Below, piece by piece: positions 1 through 9,189 of a stretch of DNA of 60,442 nucleotides. Every line of letters begins with the position of its first letter. Positions within the stretch are counted from its first letter, which is position 1. The DNA comes from Patescibacteria group bacterium (GTDB lineage Bacteria > Patescibacteriota > Microgenomatia > UBA12405): assembly GCA_013387215.1 (NCBI GenBank), contig WARW01000001.1, positions 185,301-245,742 of the forward strand, given 5' to 3'. The notes beneath the pieces were generated by a model. The model made no database searches, had not been told where the DNA came from, and worked only from the letters and a program-made list of their open reading frames with translations. The position numbers and the translations under genes were made by a program.

Positions 1-95
1 GAAATGCTGTCACCATTATTTTTGTTGTAGTAGTCTTTTTTCTAACTCTATATATTGGAAGAGCAGTCAGCCTTATCGAAAAAATAAGAGAATAA
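1..95 (+). CDS. C-terminal fragment of an upstream membrane protein (start outside window)
   Basis: Frame 3 is open from the window edge (NAVTIIFVVVVFFLTLYIGRAVSLIEKIRE*). It is a hydrophobic helix followed by TAA at 93-95. Too short to assign a family. Confidence 0.3.
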   Translation, partial: NAVTIIFVVVVFFLTLYIGRAVSLIEKIRE

Positions 96-96
96 G

Positions 97-105
97 AAGG
101 AGGAG
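97..105 (+). promoter_or_regulatory. Shine-Dalgarno site for the 111..914 CDS
   Basis: AAGGAGGAG lies 5 nt upstream of ATG 111. It is one of the few strong SD sites in the window. Confidence 0.7.
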
Positions 106-110
106 TTTTA

Positions 111-914
111 ATGAATACCTGGCAAACAATTGCCTTAATATGCGGGATAGTTTTAGTTTCGTTGATATTCAGACAGATGTTTTTTCCCAAAGGTTTATGG
201 GAATACAGTCTTGCTCATTTTCGTATGGTCCACTGGATACCTGACTATTATGTACCAGGTCGGAGAACCGATGATAAAGCTGCTATTTTAGCCAATAATC
301 CAGAAGTTTTAAATACTATTGAACTTCTTAAACAATCCATTGCTAAAAGAGCTGAACCAATCATAGTTCACAGTTTAACAAAATCCTATCCTATCGATGA
401 GGATCGGCGTGCTTACGATGGTACAAATTATATTAAGTGTCCGCATTGCGGAATTAGTTCGAAAATTTCAGTGCGTTATGGGGATGAAAGTGGTCACGGA
501 TTGTGTAGTTTGTGTGGAAAAGCTTTTGCAGTTAAGGTCATGAATGGCAATATTTATATAACTGGTTTGGGTATGAAAATTAAAATGGTTCCTTTGACCC
601 ATAAAATAGATATGGCTACAGCCAATTCTGAACTAGGATTTTTATATCGGATGATGAACCGTTTTAGTGATGCCCAAGATGCATATTCAAAGGCCGAAAA
701 CATTCTTGATGAGTTAATTCAGAATGAACCTGAAAACAAAGAAATTCTGACTTCAAAAAGCTTACTTACTTTTAGAAAAGGGGAGCTGGCTCATATTCAG
801 AATAACTTTACTGAAGCTAAACATTTTTATCAGGAAAGTCTTGATCTGGATCACAGTATTGGCAATCACGGCGACGATGAACTTGTTAATCGCTTGATAG
901 GAGAACTGGCTTGA
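111..914 (+). CDS. Hypothetical membrane-anchored protein with zinc-ribbon and TPR-like C-terminus
   Basis: 267-aa ORF with a strong SD. It has an N-terminal TM helix (IALICGIVLVSLIF), a CPHCG...CSLCG four-Cys zinc-ribbon pattern, and a helical repeat-like C-terminus. Confidence 0.7.
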   Translation: MNTWQTIALICGIVLVSLIFRQMFFPKGLWEYSLAHFRMVHWIPDYYVPGRRTDDKAAILANNPEVLNTIELLKQSIAKRAEPIIVHSLTKSYPIDEDRRAYDGTNYIKCPHCGISSKISVRYGDESGHGLCSLCGKAFAVKVMNGNIYITGLGMKIKMVPLTHKIDMATANSELGFLYRMMNRFSDAQDAYSKAENILDELIQNEPENKEILTSKSLLTFRKGELAHIQNNFTEAKHFYQESLDLDHSIGNHGDDELVNRLIGELA

Positions 915-935
915 TATTACAAAAGATTTTAGTTA

Positions 936-984
936 ATACCGTCAGGTGTCACTTTTAGTGATATTACCTTGCGGTATTTTTTTT
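936..984. terminator. Putative intrinsic terminator between convergent genes
   Basis: ATACCG(tcagg)...(ccttg)CGGTAT imperfect hairpin followed by T8 (977-984). Confidence 0.45.
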
Positions 985-1007
985 GCGATTAATGGGTTAA
1001 TCTTTTT

Positions 1008-1418
1008 TTATTTTTTTGTAATTTCAGCCAAGTCTTTGTGAAGTTTTACAATTCTATTTTCAATGTCTTTAATGGCTTTAATTAATTCATCGTCATCATC
1101 ATCCTCTTCCTCAATATCCTCAGAAATTTCTTTCACATTAGATTCCAAATCTTCCACGTCTTCTTGGATGTCATCGATGTCTTTTTCCACTCCAGCGATT
1201 GTTTCTGTGTTTTTATTGACAGTCATCTGAATAAAAATTGCCAAATAAATCGCTTCCAATGAAACAGCAGTTGTTAAAACCAAAAGGATTTTATCCACAG
1301 AAATTCCAAATAGTCTCAGGGAAAATATTCCAATAAAAATTATTGTATGGATTACTATTGAAAGCGGAGTTCCAATCGATTTAGTTAATTTTTCAGATAT
1401 TATTTCTAAATATTTCAT
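1008..1418 (-). CDS. Two-TM membrane protein with acidic coiled-coil tail (DUF1003 / low-affinity iron permease-like)
   Basis: The ORF track extends to 1481. ATG 1418 (MKYLEIISEK...) is preceded by TATTAT 5 nt upstream, so I prefer it. Two TM helices with an IFIQMTVNK-type segment resemble those families from memory. The tail is EDIEEEDDDDDE. Confidence 0.55.
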   Translation of the reverse strand: MKYLEIISEKLTKSIGTPLSIVIHTIIFIGIFSLRLFGISVDKILLVLTTAVSLEAIYLAIFIQMTVNKNTETIAGVEKDIDDIQEDVEDLESNVKEISEDIEEEDDDDDELIKAIKDIENRIVKLHKDLAEITKK

Positions 1419-1423
1419 AAAAA

Positions 1424-1429
1424 TAATAA
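1424..1429 (-). promoter_or_regulatory. -10-like hexamer TATTAT 5 nt before ATG 1418
   Basis: The reverse complement of ataata at 1424-1429 is TATTAT. There is no SD between it and the start codon. Confidence 0.35.
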
Positions 1430-1567
1430 ACAAATAATCGATCGCCAGGTAGCACATATCACCAACGGTCAACACAATCATACCTTATTACTCCAGCTCA
1501 AGCTAGCCGTATATTTTATTTAGTTCTATTTACTAATTAATTTAGTGAAAATTTCGGCCAAAAATTG

Positions 1568-1573
1568 TAAAAT
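1568..1573 (+). promoter_or_regulatory. -10-like hexamer TAAAAT 6 nt before ATG 1580
   Basis: TTGTAAAATaccagcATG. No SD is present. Confidence 0.4.
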
Positions 1574-1579
1574 ACCAGC

Positions 1580-2308
1580 ATGGCGGTTCCGATCCTTATT
1601 ACATTGTTAACTTTTATATCTACCTTTTGTGGAGGCCTTTTTGGCCTTAAATATAAAGGCAAACTTCATTGGATTTTAGGTTTTACTGCCGGTGTTTTGC
1701 TGGCCGTTGTTTCTTTTGATATTTTTCCGGAAATAATTAATTTAGTTAAACAAACCAACATTGATCCTAAATGGCCAATGATTGCTTTGGTTGTTGGTTT
1801 TCTACTTTTTCATATCCTTGAAAAAAGTCTTCTTATTCATCATAGTCATGAAGATGAATACGCCCACCACAAGCATCCTTCCGTTGGTATTTTGTCTGCT
1901 CTGGCTCTAGCTGGTCATTCATTTCTAGATGGTCTTGGTATTGGTCTTGGTTTTCAGGTCTCTCAAAGTGTTGGTTTGATTGTTGCTGTTGCTATTATTG
2001 CTCACGATTTTTCTGATGGTCTTAATACTGTTTCTTTAATGCTTGTTAATAAAAATAACCGTCGTCGTTCTTTTATATTTTTATTGATCGATTCACTTGC
2101 CCCTGTTTTAGGCGTTTTATTAAGTGGCTTTATTCACTTATCTTCGGCTTGGCTTTTGGCTTATCTTGGCTTTTTTGCTGGTTTTCTTTTATATATTGGT
2201 TCTTCCGACATCTTACCTGAAGCTCACAGCAACAAATCTTCCTATACTACTATTGGTATGACTCTTTTAGGTGTTATTTTTATTTACCTTATAACCTTAG
2301 TCGCATAA
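1580..2308 (+). CDS. ZIP family divalent metal (zinc) transporter
   Basis: 242-aa polytopic membrane protein. It has a His-rich loop (HHSHEDEYAHHKH) and the signature IAHDFSDGL, which corresponds to HNxPEGxA of ZupT/ZIP proteins. Confidence 0.85.
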   Translation: MAVPILITLLTFISTFCGGLFGLKYKGKLHWILGFTAGVLLAVVSFDIFPEIINLVKQTNIDPKWPMIALVVGFLLFHILEKSLLIHHSHEDEYAHHKHPSVGILSALALAGHSFLDGLGIGLGFQVSQSVGLIVAVAIIAHDFSDGLNTVSLMLVNKNNRRRSFIFLLIDSLAPVLGVLLSGFIHLSSAWLLAYLGFFAGFLLYIGSSDILPEAHSNKSSYTTIGMTLLGVIFIYLITLVA

Positions 2309-2364
2309 ACTGAATTTTCCCACAGAATTGACTTTTTTTGTATCTCTTAGTACAATCCCTCGTT

Positions 2365-2389
2365 AACCAAAAGAAAAGCTTTTTTGGTT
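2365..2389 (+). terminator. Putative terminator after the ZIP gene
   Basis: AACCAAAA-gaaaagctt-TTTTGGTT hairpin followed by a T-rich stretch. Confidence 0.4.
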
Positions 2390-2498
2390 TTTGCTCTTTA
2401 AAAGTCAGTTTTATGGCTGGCAACCTGTCCATTTTTTATGGATAGATTGCTGGCCATAATATGTGTTGCTGGTAAATAATATGAAAGAAGGGGATTTT

Positions 2499-3542
2499 AT
2501 GATTTATACTGTTGGAACTTGGTGGGCTGTTGGTTATTTTATTTTTGCTTTGATTGGTATCGTAGTTGGAATTTGCTGGGGTCTTTATAATCGGACTCAG
2601 GGTGAAAAACCTGTCGGTGGAATCATTTGTTTTGCGTTTGGTTTGGTCATGGTGTGGTTTTGGATATTTGCCGCTACTCATTTCCGCGTCAACATCAATG
2701 AAAGGTCTTTATTGATCAACACTGTCAATCAGACAGTAATTGGTACTCGTGAATCTGGGGTTCAAGGCAAACCGTTACTGGGAGTTAGCACTATAGATTG
2801 GCCGGCTCAAAATAGATATAAAGTTGAAGTGGTCATGCAAAAAGGCGTGGCTTCGGCTACTGCAAAAGGCGGTACCAGCCTTCAAATTAGTAATATTATC
2901 TATTTGGATTTGAGCAAAACGATGATCGCTGAAGCCTATAGATCGTGTAACGGTAATTGGGATGTTTTTTTTGAAAAGAATCTGATTCCTGACTTTATGT
3001 CGGTTGCCAGAAATGTTTCCCAAAATTACACCCCGTCCGAGCACACCTTTAAACGTGACGCCTGGGAAAAAGAATATGAAGATAAATTAGAAGCTTTATT
3101 TTCTGATCCAAAACATGGATACGGCATAAAAATTGTCAAAGGCACAACCATAATGTCTTGGGGTTTTAGTAATGAAGCAGATGAGAAAGCCTACGACGAT
3201 TCCAACCGGGTTAGTTATTCAATTGATCAAAAGAATAAAGAACTTGAGGCTTTGAAAATTGATTCAGCGATGGTGGACACTAGAAACGAAATGTTGAAGA
3301 AAACGGCCAATGGAACAATTGCCAACCTGCAAGCCATCAGCGATTATTTAAAATCACAACCTGCTGATATTAGGCCATACCTTATGGATTATTTGGCTAA
3401 TATGGCCGATATGGAATACTTGCGAATTGTGGGCCAGGAAAAACCTGACATGATTCTTCCGCCTCACGGTGGTTCTGTAATTGCCCAATCAACTCCAAAA
3501 ACTGCAGTTACACCGCAAACATCCGAAAATAAGGATAAATAA
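2499..3542 (+). CDS. Hypothetical membrane protein (two N-terminal TM helices, possible SPFH-like body)
   Basis: Long ORF. I prefer ATG 2499 (MIYTVGTWW...) because AAGGGGA lies 4 nt upstream, whereas the track start 2463 has no signal. The C-terminal half is coiled-coil-like. The family is not recognised with confidence. Confidence 0.6.
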   Translation: MIYTVGTWWAVGYFIFALIGIVVGICWGLYNRTQGEKPVGGIICFAFGLVMVWFWIFAATHFRVNINERSLLINTVNQTVIGTRESGVQGKPLLGVSTIDWPAQNRYKVEVVMQKGVASATAKGGTSLQISNIIYLDLSKTMIAEAYRSCNGNWDVFFEKNLIPDFMSVARNVSQNYTPSEHTFKRDAWEKEYEDKLEALFSDPKHGYGIKIVKGTTIMSWGFSNEADEKAYDDSNRVSYSIDQKNKELEALKIDSAMVDTRNEMLKKTANGTIANLQAISDYLKSQPADIRPYLMDYLANMADMEYLRIVGQEKPDMILPPHGGSVIAQSTPKTAVTPQTSENKDK

Positions 3543-3557
3543 ACACATAAACTGACG

Positions 3558-3605
3558 ACCGCTCTCGTTGATAATTTTTAATTATTAGCCAAGAGCGGTT
3601 TTTTA
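3558..3605. terminator. Bidirectional intrinsic terminator
   Basis: ACCGCTCT (3558-3565) pairs with AGAGCGGT (3592-3599) and is followed by T6. It sits between convergent genes. Confidence 0.65.
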
Positions 3606-3614
3606 TTTAAAAAA

Positions 3615-4340
3615 TTATTTTATTAATACGTTTTTAAAATATTTCTTAAAGATATTTTCTGCTTTGGAAATTATTTCAACACTAGGAGTTGGAACTTTGG
3701 CCAATTTATATTTCATTTTAAGCTCTTTGTATTTATGAACTCCCAGGGTGTGGTAGGGAAGAATTTCGACTCGTTCAATATTTTTATAGTCCTTAAAATG
3801 TTGACCCCATTTTTCCAAAAATTCTTCACTATCATTCCAGCCTGGCACTAAAACATATCGAAGCCACATTGGTTTTCCCATGTCTTCTCGATACTTTGCC
3901 ATTTCTAAAACATTTTTATTGCTGGCTCCAGTTAATTTTTTATGCCATTTTTCATCAATATGTTTCACATCTAAAATCAAAAGATCGGTTTCTTGGTACA
4001 GTTTTTTGACTCGATTAGAAATGATTGTTCCATTGGAATCTAAGCTGGTGTGGATTCCATTTTTTCTGGCTCTTTTAAAAAGTTTATAAACTCTCAATGC
4101 CTGCAAAGTTGGCTCTCCTCCCGAGACTGTAATTCCGCCTTCTTCGCCAAAATAATCTTTTTGCTCAACGGCAATTTTCAGAATTTCTTTAATCTTCATT
4201 TCTTTGCCGTTGTTTCGGTCCAGCAAATCTGGATTGTGGCAATAAAGACATCGGATATTGCAGCCCTGCAAAAAAATAACCAGTCTGATTCCTGGTCCTT
4301 CGTGAGTACCAAATGTTTCAATCGAGTGGACTTTTAGCAT
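3615..4340 (-). CDS. pflA: Pyruvate formate-lyase activating enzyme (radical SAM)
   Basis: CNIRCLYCHNPD is the CxxxCxxC radical-SAM cluster motif. A GGEPT motif is present, and the gene lies 2 nt downstream of pflB. Confidence 0.92.
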   Translation of the reverse strand: MLKVHSIETFGTHEGPGIRLVIFLQGCNIRCLYCHNPDLLDRNNGKEMKIKEILKIAVEQKDYFGEEGGITVSGGEPTLQALRVYKLFKRARKNGIHTSLDSNGTIISNRVKKLYQETDLLILDVKHIDEKWHKKLTGASNKNVLEMAKYREDMGKPMWLRYVLVPGWNDSEEFLEKWGQHFKDYKNIERVEILPYHTLGVHKYKELKMKYKLAKVPTPSVEIISKAENIFKKYFKNVLIK

Positions 4341-4342
4341 AC

Positions 4343-6604
4343 TTACATTGTCTCAAAGAAAGTTCTCGCCAACACTTCTTGTTGTTGTTCTCGTGTTAAT
4401 TTCACGAAATTTACGGCATAACCGGAAACTCTAATTGTCAATTGAGGATATAATTCTGGATGCTCCATGGCAGAAATCAAAGTTTCTTTGTCCATAATAT
4501 TAACATTAATATGATGGCCGTTTTTCTTGAAATATCCGTCTAAAAGAGTAGTTAAATTTTTTATTTGTTCAGCTTCTGTTCCGCCTAAAGTTTTTGTCGT
4601 GGTTGAAAAGGTATTGGAAATTCCATCCCGTCCATTTTTATAATCTAATTTTGCCACCGAATTCAACGAAGCAATCGCACCGCTGCTGTCTCGGCCATGC
4701 ATTGGATTTGCCCCAGGTGCAAAAGCAACTCCTGCTTTTCTACCGTCTGGAGTTGAACCAGTCTTTTTTCCATAAACCACATTAGAAGTAATAGTTAAAA
4801 TAGACAAAGTTGGTTTGGCAAAGCGGTAAATATGATGTTTGGCTAATTCTTTATTAAAACTATCCATAATATCTTTAGCGATCAAATCCACTGAATTATC
4901 ATCGTTGCCGTACTTTGGGAATTCGCCTTCAACTTCAAAATCAACTGCAATCCCTTGTTCATTTCTAACTGGTTTAACTTTAGCAAACTTAATTGCCGAT
5001 AAAGAATCAGCCGCAACCGATAATCCAGCCAAACCAAACGCCATTACTCTTTTAACATCAGTGTCTAAAAGCGCCATTTGAGCCCGTTCGTAATAATATT
5101 TGTCATGCATGTAATGAATTACATTCATGGTATTTACGTAATTTTCAGCCAAAAATGCCATGGTCTTTTTAAATCTTTTGGACACTTCTTTGTAATCCAA
5201 ATATTTATTTCTCAAAGGCTCAATTCCATCCATTATTTTAATGCCGCTTATTTCGTCAACGCCTTCATTTATTGCCAAAAGTAAGGCTTTAGCAATGTTG
5301 CAGCGGGCGCCGAAAAACTGCATTTGTTTGCCGGTTTCCAAAAGTGACACGCAGCAGCTGATGCCATAATCATCGGTTTCCGCTACATCTCTCATCAAAT
5401 CATCGTTCTCATATTGAATGGAAGAAGTATCGATTGAAACTTTAGCGCAAAAATCCTTAAAATGCTGAGGCAGATTCTGAGACCAAAGAATTGTTAAATT
5501 AGGTTCAGGGGATGGTCCTAAATTATAAAGTGTTTGTAAAAATCGGTAGCTGGTTTTAGTTACTTTGTGTTTGCCATTGCTCCAAGCTCCGCCCAACGAT
5601 TCAGTGATCCAAGTTGGATCGCCGGCAAAAAGAGCATTGTACTCAGCAGTTCGCAAATGTCTGACCAATCTCAATTTAATAATAAATTGATCGATTAATT
5701 CCTGGGCTTGTTCTTCAGTCATTGATCCATCTTTGATTTCTTTTTCAATATAAATATCAAAAAAACTGCTGACATTTCCCAAACTCATTGCTGCGCCGTC
5801 ATGTTCTTTAATTGCCGAAAGATAGGCAAGATAAGTCCACTGTATTGCTTCTTGGGCGTTTAGTGCCGGTCGGCCGATATCAAATCCGTAACCTTTAGCC
5901 ATTTCTTTCATCATTTCCAAGGCATTTATTTGTTCGCTGATTTCTTCTCGGAGTCGGATTGTTCCATCAGTCATCACTCCGATTAAATGTTTTTTGTCTT
6001 CCTTTTTAGCTTCAATCAATTTGTCAACGCCATACAAAGCCACTCTTCTGTAATCGCCGATAATTCTTCCTCGGGCGTAAGCATCTGGCAAACCCGTCAA
6101 AATACCGGTTTTTCTTAGTCTCAACATTTCTTCAGTGTAGGCATCAAAAACGCCAGCATTATGAGTTTTTCTGTATTCAGTAAAAACTTTAATTATTTCT
6201 TTATCAAGTTCTTTTCCATTTTCTTCACAGGCATGAATCACTGCTCGGATTCCGCCGGCTGGTTTTATGGCTCTTTTTAAAGCCTCATCAGTTTGTAAAC
6301 CCACAATAACCTCTAGCTTTTTTTCAATATATCCTGGCTTGTGGCTGGTAATATTGGAAACAGTTTTGGTATCAATATCTAAAACTCCGCCGTTCTCAAT
6401 TTCTTTTTTTAAAAGTTTTTTGCACTTATTCCAAAGCTTTTTAGTTTTTTCGCTCGGACCAACCAAAAAAGAGGCATCACCGTCATAAGAATTAATATAT
6501 CGAAACACAAAATCTCTCACATCGATCGATTTTTTATATTTTGCTTGGTTTGTTGGGCAGTCAGTTTTCATATTATTTTTTAATTTCTTGCTGGAGTAGC
6601 TCAC
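4343..6604 (-). CDS. pflB: Pyruvate formate-lyase (formate C-acetyltransferase, glycyl radical enzyme)
   Basis: The glycyl-radical motif RVSGYAVNF lies near the C-terminus, and the adjacent active-site cysteines occur in ISCCVS. At 753 aa it is typical of PflB. The start is either GTG 6604 or ATG 6571. Confidence 0.95.
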   Translation of the reverse strand: MSYSSKKLKNNMKTDCPTNQAKYKKSIDVRDFVFRYINSYDGDASFLVGPSEKTKKLWNKCKKLLKKEIENGGVLDIDTKTVSNITSHKPGYIEKKLEVIVGLQTDEALKRAIKPAGGIRAVIHACEENGKELDKEIIKVFTEYRKTHNAGVFDAYTEEMLRLRKTGILTGLPDAYARGRIIGDYRRVALYGVDKLIEAKKEDKKHLIGVMTDGTIRLREEISEQINALEMMKEMAKGYGFDIGRPALNAQEAIQWTYLAYLSAIKEHDGAAMSLGNVSSFFDIYIEKEIKDGSMTEEQAQELIDQFIIKLRLVRHLRTAEYNALFAGDPTWITESLGGAWSNGKHKVTKTSYRFLQTLYNLGPSPEPNLTILWSQNLPQHFKDFCAKVSIDTSSIQYENDDLMRDVAETDDYGISCCVSLLETGKQMQFFGARCNIAKALLLAINEGVDEISGIKIMDGIEPLRNKYLDYKEVSKRFKKTMAFLAENYVNTMNVIHYMHDKYYYERAQMALLDTDVKRVMAFGLAGLSVAADSLSAIKFAKVKPVRNEQGIAVDFEVEGEFPKYGNDDNSVDLIAKDIMDSFNKELAKHHIYRFAKPTLSILTITSNVVYGKKTGSTPDGRKAGVAFAPGANPMHGRDSSGAIASLNSVAKLDYKNGRDGISNTFSTTTKTLGGTEAEQIKNLTTLLDGYFKKNGHHINVNIMDKETLISAMEHPELYPQLTIRVSGYAVNFVKLTREQQQEVLARTFFETM

Positions 6605-6692
6605 AGGCAGAGTGTCGATTATACCGTTCTATCATACGCTTGTCGAGCCTTTTATATTTAATATTACTTTAATTTTTTTTCTAAAAAAACAC

Positions 6693-7532
6693 TTAAAAAT
6701 CCATTCCACTTCCTATTCTCATTCGATGTCTTCCGGTACCAAAGAATTGGCTGCTGAAATCAGGTATTGTATTAGCTGAAGATCGGGTAATTGTAAAATC
6801 ATTTTCATTATCAGATGTATTTACTAAAGGTTCTCCAATGAAATTTGTCATCACTATCGGCTTAAGGCTCAATTGATTCATCGGAGTCGTTGTTCCATCT
6901 TTTATTGCTGTTCCATTTTCAAATTTAACTGTCCCAAAATTGTCTAAAGGCAGCTGTCTTCTGCCAGTACTTGGAGCTTCTTCTATCCATTCTGCCGAAC
7001 TTAAGGAAGAATTATAACTAACTATCGTTTCATAGCTTTGACCAGTAGTATTATTTCTAAAACTTATTTTCCAATTTCCGTTTTCTTGCCGGGAAATCGA
7101 GCTGCTTACCGAATCACCGCCTTTAATTGAAACCGGAATAGCTTGAGATGGAAAGGGGAGTGTTTCAATAAAAGCCGAACTTATTACCCCGCCTGAACCG
7201 TCAGCAACATTTTGAGTTCCACTTTGAATCAGGTCATGACTCATTACTCCGCCAATTCCTACCCATGTTGCATCGGCTCCAGGCTGATCATCTTTATTTA
7301 TTTGGGGCACCATCCACGTTCCTTCAACCGACGTAAAAGTTCCATTATCGGCCACATAGCCAGACCAATTCCTCGACACTCCAATATCCATTTGCATCAT
7401 ATTGGTAGGAGGTTGGCTGCTAACTGGACTAACTGAAATAACTGGCAGGGGATTAAAATTTAAAATAATTGTCGTTGCAGTTAAACTCGCAATCAACAAT
7501 TTTAATTGGTTTAATATTGAACCTATATCCAT
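6693..7532 (-). CDS. Secreted glutamic peptidase, G1 (eqolisin / peptidase A4) family
   Basis: N-terminal signal/TM. Motifs NWSGYVA, FTSVEGTWMVPQ, ATWVGIGG, LIQSGT (catalytic Gln context) and AEWIEEAP (catalytic Glu context) match the G1 family as I remember it. Confidence 0.75.
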   Translation of the reverse strand: MDIGSILNQLKLLIASLTATTIILNFNPLPVISVSPVSSQPPTNMMQMDIGVSRNWSGYVADNGTFTSVEGTWMVPQINKDDQPGADATWVGIGGVMSHDLIQSGTQNVADGSGGVISSAFIETLPFPSQAIPVSIKGGDSVSSSISRQENGNWKISFRNNTTGQSYETIVSYNSSLSSAEWIEEAPSTGRRQLPLDNFGTVKFENGTAIKDGTTTPMNQLSLKPIVMTNFIGEPLVNTSDNENDFTITRSSANTIPDFSSQFFGTGRHRMRIGSGMDF

Positions 7533-7599
7533 AATCGTTGACAGTCTACCGCCGCATCATAAGAATTAGTTTAAATAAATGTAAAAAATTCTTAAATGC

Positions 7600-7605
7600 T
7601 AAACT
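7600..7605 (+). promoter_or_regulatory. -10-like hexamer TAAACT 6 nt before ATG 7612
   Basis: gcTAAACTgagaatATG. No SD is present. Confidence 0.4.
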
Positions 7606-7611
7606 GAGAAT

Positions 7612-8511
7612 ATGAAATTAAAAGTTTTTTTGCTCGTTGTTTTATTATTTTTAATTTCTCTGGGATATTTCTTTATTGTTTGGAAACAGTTTCATCAAGC
7701 CGTCGCTCTGCATGTGCCTTCAGATTCTCGAAATCTAGCCCAATTTAGTTTAACTGCCCAAGATATTTCCTTAACTTCGGCCGACGGTTTCAGTCTTTCA
7801 GCTTGGTATATACCGGTTAAAAATCCCAAAGCAGTTCTAGTTTTGGTTCATGGTTATGGCACTTATGAAGGTGGAAAGCCTCAAATGCTTTCTCAAGCCA
7901 AATATTTGTCTGACTCTGGATATTCCACCATCCTTCTAGATTTAAGATCCTTTGGAAAAAGCCAGGGCAGCAAAATCATGTTGGGCACCAAAGAATGGCA
8001 GGATGTGGCCGCGGCTTATGATTATGCCAAATCGCGTCCTGAAAATAAAAATATTCCAGTTGGTTTATTGGGTGTTTCTATGGGTGGTGTTACGTCCATT
8101 ATCACGGCAGCTAAAACTCAAAAAGCGGATTTTGTGATTGCTCAAGTCCCTTTTTATAATTACCAATCATTTTTTAGACAGCAGCTAGTACGTCTTCATT
8201 ATTCGCCTTATTTAAGGCCGATTATAATGGCATTTTTCAGTAAGGCTGTTATGCTTGATTTAGGCGTAAATTATAATTCTTATTCCCCAAACAAATTAAT
8301 TGGTAATATTCATGTTCCTATTTTGATTATGTCTGCTCAAAACGATGATTGGGTTAACAATACGGACGGTCAAAAACTTTATGATTTAGCCAATAATCCC
8401 AAAATGTATTGGTTCGACAACACCTCTCATAATCTTATGTGGGATGATCCTCAAGGAGTCCAGACTAAAGTTTTGCAATTTCTAAATCAATACGTCACTT
8501 CAAGACACTAA
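7612..8511 (+). CDS. Membrane-anchored alpha/beta hydrolase
   Basis: N-terminal TM helix, an HGYG oxyanion-type motif, the nucleophile elbow GVSMGG (G-x-S-x-G), and C-terminal Asp/His contexts (QNDDW, TSHNL). Confidence 0.8.
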   Translation: MKLKVFLLVVLLFLISLGYFFIVWKQFHQAVALHVPSDSRNLAQFSLTAQDISLTSADGFSLSAWYIPVKNPKAVLVLVHGYGTYEGGKPQMLSQAKYLSDSGYSTILLDLRSFGKSQGSKIMLGTKEWQDVAAAYDYAKSRPENKNIPVGLLGVSMGGVTSIITAAKTQKADFVIAQVPFYNYQSFFRQQLVRLHYSPYLRPIIMAFFSKAVMLDLGVNYNSYSPNKLIGNIHVPILIMSAQNDDWVNNTDGQKLYDLANNPKMYWFDNTSHNLMWDDPQGVQTKVLQFLNQYVTSRH

Positions 8512-8512
8512 A

Positions 8513-8683
8513 TTATTTTCCGCCTCGGTTTTGAGTTCTAAAAGAATTATTGCCAATATTTGGTTTGTTGTTAAATATTGGTCTTTTAAAATTAGAAAAT
8601 TGCGGGTTTTTTGGAGGCAAGTTTGCCGACAACGGTCTAGTCGCACTTGGATTTTTTAATGTATTTTTTTTGTTTTCAGTCAT
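8513..8683 (-). CDS. Small basic low-complexity protein (56 aa), not in the ORF track
   Basis: My translation is MTENKKNTLKNPSATRPLSANLPPKNPQFSNFKRPIFNNKPNIGNNSFRTQNRGGK*. TATAAT (rc of 8690-8695) ends exactly 6 nt before its ATG, matching the window-wide pattern. There is no family match. Confidence 0.4.
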   Translation of the reverse strand: MTENKKNTLKNPSATRPLSANLPPKNPQFSNFKRPIFNNKPNIGNNSFRTQNRGGK

Positions 8684-8689
8684 ATAAAT

Positions 8690-8719
8690 ATTATAAACCT
8701 AATTTATTTAGAATATAAT
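8690..8719. promoter_or_regulatory. Divergent pair of -10 hexamers
   Basis: TATAAT on the minus strand (8690-8695) lies 6 nt before ATG 8683. TATAAT on the plus strand (8714-8719) lies 5 nt before ATG 8725. Confidence 0.45.
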
Positions 8720-8724
8720 GAATT

Positions 8725-9108
8725 ATGGAACCTATCCTTATTTGTCCTTTTTGTCATGCCGCCACTCGGCCAACCGATTATTTTTGTTCAAATTGCGGAA
8801 AAAATTTACGGCCTAAACCTCTCTCCACGGCTGTTTCAAAACAAATTTTGCTTTATCTTGGCAGTCTAGTTTTGCCTCCTTTTGGGCTTATTTGGGCCTT
8901 CCCTTATCTTAAACAATCAGACAATAAATCTAGAATTATTGGCAGTATTGTTGTTATTTTGACCATAGTTAGTGTTGTTTTTACAACTAAACTAACCATG
9001 AGCTATATCAGTTCGATTCAAGCTCAAATGAACGGGCAAATGCAGGGGATTAACGGTCTGAATGGTCTTGGCGATCTTAATGGATTAGGTGATCTCAACG
9101 GTCTCTGA
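8725..9108 (+). CDS. Zinc-ribbon membrane protein with C-terminal NGLGDL repeats
   Basis: An N-terminal CPFCH...CSNCG zinc ribbon, two TM helices, and the tail QGINGLNGLGDLNGLGDLNGL. Confidence 0.65.
   Translation: MEPILICPFCHAATRPTDYFCSNCGKNLRPKPLSTAVSKQILLYLGSLVLPPFGLIWAFPYLKQSDNKSRIIGSIVVILTIVSVVFTTKLTMSYISSIQAQMNGQMQGINGLNGLGDLNGLGDLNGL
9049..9105 (+). repeat. Short in-frame tandem repeat encoding (NGLGDL)n
   Basis: The 18-nt unit ctKaatggWYtWggYgat is repeated about 3 times at the 3' end of the CDS. Confidence 0.6.
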
Positions 9109-9189
9109 AGCTTCAAAAAAGAGGTAATATATAAATGTATATCAAAAGATATACAGTACTTTAAACCATAGCCAGAAAGGAAAATTAGA

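Noticed and set aside
2436-3044. Minus-strand ORFs 2436-2681 and 2775-3044
   Set aside because: They are antisense to, or overlap, the 2499-3542 CDS, which has a good SD and TM helices. They have no motif or promoter support.
3880-6488. Six plus-strand ORFs of 63-95 aa (3880-4089, 4050-4337, 4594-4785, 4839-5081, 5078-5284, 6267-6488) lying antisense to pflA/pflB
   Set aside because: They lie wholly inside two genes with unambiguous conserved motifs on the opposite strand. Their translations are low-complexity with no start signals. They are shadow ORFs.
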